DNA from: Planctomycetota bacterium
GTDB taxonomy: Bacteria > Planctomycetota > UBA11346
Assembly: GCA_038213805.1 (NCBI GenBank)
Contig: JBBQSO010000068.1
Coordinates: 1-28,359, forward strand
DNA length: 28,359 nt
Direction of reading: 5' to 3'
Part shown: positions 26,169 to 28,359 of the stretch, piece after piece
Layout of the letters: every line of letters starts with the position of its first letter
How positions within the stretch are numbered: position 1 is the stretch's first letter
The notes under the pieces: generated by a model
The model's input: only the letters and a program-made list of their open reading frames with translations
What the model was told of the DNA's origin: nothing
The model's database searches: none
Made by a program: the position numbers and the translations under genes

Positions 26169-26702
26169 TCAGCCATCAGCCGGCTGCGGCACCTTCACCA
26201 CCAGCGACGCATCGTACCCTTGGCCCGCCGCGCGCCACAGGATGCCTTGGTAGACGTCCTCGGGCAGCGTGCGGGTGCGCGACAGCACCCACAGGTACGT
26301 GCGCGAGGGATGTCCGACCACCGCCCAGCGATACTCGGGATCGAGGTCGATGACCACATAGTCGGTGCTGAACGGCCACAGGAAGCGCACCGACCACACC
26401 GCATTGCTCACGGTGTCGGTGACCTTCGCGGAGCCATGCCAGACGACCTCGGGGGCGTCAAACGAACCGCGCCGGAAATGGAACTCGTTGTCGAAGGTGC
26501 CATCGGGCCGCTCGCGGTAGCGATCGAAGGTCGCGACCTTGCCGTTCTCGAGCCAGTAGGGGATATTGGCGATCACAAACCAATCGCCCTGATAGCGGGC
26601 GAGGTCGACGTGGTCGACTGGGCGCAGGACGGGTTCCTCGCGGCCGCACCCGGCAAGCAGGACGAGCGCGGCGCCGATGAGGAGTAGGGAGCGGCAGTGC
26701 AT
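26169..26702 (-). CDS. blc: Bacterial lipocalin (Blc-like outer-membrane lipoprotein)
   Basis: Lipobox LLAG-C; VDLARYQGDWFVIA, F.WPF..DY.V, YLWVLSR. Confidence 0.92.
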   Translation of the reverse strand: MHCRSLLLIGAALVLLAGCGREEPVLRPVDHVDLARYQGDWFVIANIPYWLENGKVATFDRYRERPDGTFDNEFHFRRGSFDAPEVVWHGSAKVTDTVSNAVWSVRFLWPFSTDYVVIDLDPEYRWAVVGHPSRTYLWVLSRTRTLPEDVYQGILWRAAGQGYDASLVVKVPQPADG

Positions 26703-27022
26703 GAGCGAATGATCACCGCCTCTGCGATGGAGTCACGTGAGGGAAGAGCATCCCTCGGCATGGCCCTTCCGGTCATCCTGCGATTCACAATCATTTCACG
26801 ATCGCGGGCCACTAGCCCGCAACGCGCGAGCACTGAAGGGGCATGGCCGTTCAGATCGGGGCTCCTCGACGACAGTCGCGGAAACCCCGTCAAGGGTCTT
26901 CCTGGGACCGCGCGCCGCTGGCGTGCTCTCCACGATGTGCGCGCCAGCGGCGTGCGGTCCCAGGAAGCTCACTCACGCAGCTGCCGCGATCAAGACTTTG
27001 GACTCCGGGACCTCGCCGCGCG

Positions 27023-28359
27023 CTACGCCCCGCGCGTCCCCGTGCGCATGCGCAGCTCGTCGATCTGGCGTTTGAGCTCGCCGATGATCTGGCGGTCGTC
27101 CGCGTCGGCCTGCTCCTGGCGGACCTTGGCGGTGGCGACGGCGTCGCGGGCCTCGCGCATCAGCGCGTCGAAACGCTGGCGCTGGCGGGCGCGCGAGGCC
27201 TCAAGCTCCTGCAGGCGCACGCGCTCGGCGGCGAGTTCGCGCTCGACCGCGGTGAGGCGCGCGTGGGTGGTGTCGGCGTCGGCCTTGGCCGAGGCGAAGG
27301 CCTGCTGCACCGCGCTCTCGCGGCGCTCGACCTCGCCGACGCGCTCGCGCAGGTGCGCCTCGCTCTGCCCGAGGCGCGCGGCCTGCTCCTCGAGGTGGGC
27401 GAGGTGGTGGCGCTGCTCGTCGGCGAGGTGCTCAAGCTCGGCGATGCGCAGGCGCGCCGCCTCGGTGTCGGCGGCGCTGTCGGCGAGGCGCTTGGTCCAG
27501 GTGCCGGTGGTGTCCTTGCGCTCGATCGCGTCGCGTGGCTGGCTGGCGTAGCGGGTCAGCTCGGCCTGCAGGCGCTCGCCCTCGGCGGCAAGGCGGGTGT
27601 TGAGCTGCTTGTGCTCGCCAAGCTGGCGGCTGGTTTCGGCGAGGCGCGCGGTGAGCTGGGATTCGCGCTCCTCAAGGCGGCGCGCGATCGCCTCCTGGTC
27701 GAGCTTGGCGCGTTCCAGGCTGGCGCGCAGGCGGTCGCGTTCACCGGCGGTGCTGCTGGCGCTGGCGCGGGCGACGTCGCGTTCGCGGATGAGCTGGGTC
27801 TCCATCTCGGCCCAGGCGGCCTGCTCGGCGGCGTTCTGCTCGCGCGCCGCCAGGGTCTGGGCGAGCTTGGCGCGCACCTGAGCAAGCTCGGCGGCGAGGC
27901 GCTCGGCGCGCTCGGCGGTGTCGCTCTCGCTGCTGCGCAGGCGTTCGACCTCTTGAGCGAGGTTGCGGATGCGCTCCTCGGCGCCGCTCGCGCCGCTGAC
28001 CAGGCGCGTGCGCTCGCCGTCCAGGTCGGCGCCGCGCGCGCGCAGGCGGACCAGCTCGGCCTCGCTGGCCTGGGCGCCGGCCGCGAGCTTGTCGCGCTCG
28101 GCGCGCAGCGCGACGACCTCCTTCTCGAGCACGCCGGTGCGTTCGCCCAGCGCGGTCGCGGCGGTGGTGGCGCGCGCGAGCTGGGCCTGGGCCTCGGTCT
28201 CGGCGGCGCGCAGCTCGGCGAGCTGGCGCTTGCTCTGGCTCAGGCTCTGCTCGCTCTGCCCAGAGATCGACTCGTGGGTCTTGCGCAGGGCTTCGAGACG
28301 CGCCTGCAGTTCGGCGCGTTCGCGTTCGCCGCGTTCCCGCTCGGCGCCAAGCTGGCGCT
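27023..28359 (-). CDS. Long coiled-coil protein (partial, 5' end outside the window)
   Basis: The frame stays open from the window edge to TAG at 27023. A/E/R/L/Q-rich heptad pattern throughout. Confidence 0.8.
   Translation of the reverse strand, partial: RQLGAERERGERERAELQARLEALRKTHESISGQSEQSLSQSKRQLAELRAAETEAQAQLARATTAATALGERTGVLEKEVVALRAERDKLAAGAQASEAELVRLRARGADLDGERTRLVSGASGAEERIRNLAQEVERLRSSESDTAERAERLAAELAQVRAKLAQTLAAREQNAAEQAAWAEMETQLIRERDVARASASSTAGERDRLRASLERAKLDQEAIARRLEERESQLTARLAETSRQLGEHKQLNTRLAAEGERLQAELTRYASQPRDAIERKDTTGTWTKRLADSAADTEAARLRIAELEHLADEQRHHLAHLEEQAARLGQSEAHLRERVGEVERRESAVQQAFASAKADADTTHARLTAVERELAAERVRLQELEASRARQRQRFDALMREARDAVATAKVRQEQADADDRQIIGELKRQIDELRMRTGTRGA

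Overview
GC-rich bacterial DNA, probably PVC/Planctomycetota-like (inferred from a PilM-PilN fusion, multidomain Ser/Thr kinases and several SUMF1/FGE-fold proteins). From left to right: the start of a type IV pilus assembly operon, tRNA-Ser(TGA) flanked by two copies of a ~90-bp hairpin repeat, and an FHA-DUF4388-PP2C-kinase fusion. Next is a ~16-kb minus-strand cell-envelope locus. It encodes a small OM beta-barrel, a kinase-TM-helical repeat-FGE receptor, cadherin-like adhesin B with an FGE lipoprotein, then a pilin-like subunit, a tandem chaperone-like protein, and adhesin A with a second FGE lipoprotein. The right end holds HupE/UreJ, Dps, a CxxS thioredoxin, TolC, a lipocalin and a truncated coiled-coil gene. 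The best candidate for an undescribed system is the envelope locus. Only the adhesin co-encoded with the pilin-like gene starts with a strand (LDVNASFTIAQ) matching the pilin's mature N-terminus (LVVNTTFTVSK). This suggests donor-strand grafting of a giant adhesin onto a fibre with no usher in the window, possibly linked to a trans-envelope kinase pathway. All domain calls are from motif recognition by eye; no searches were run.
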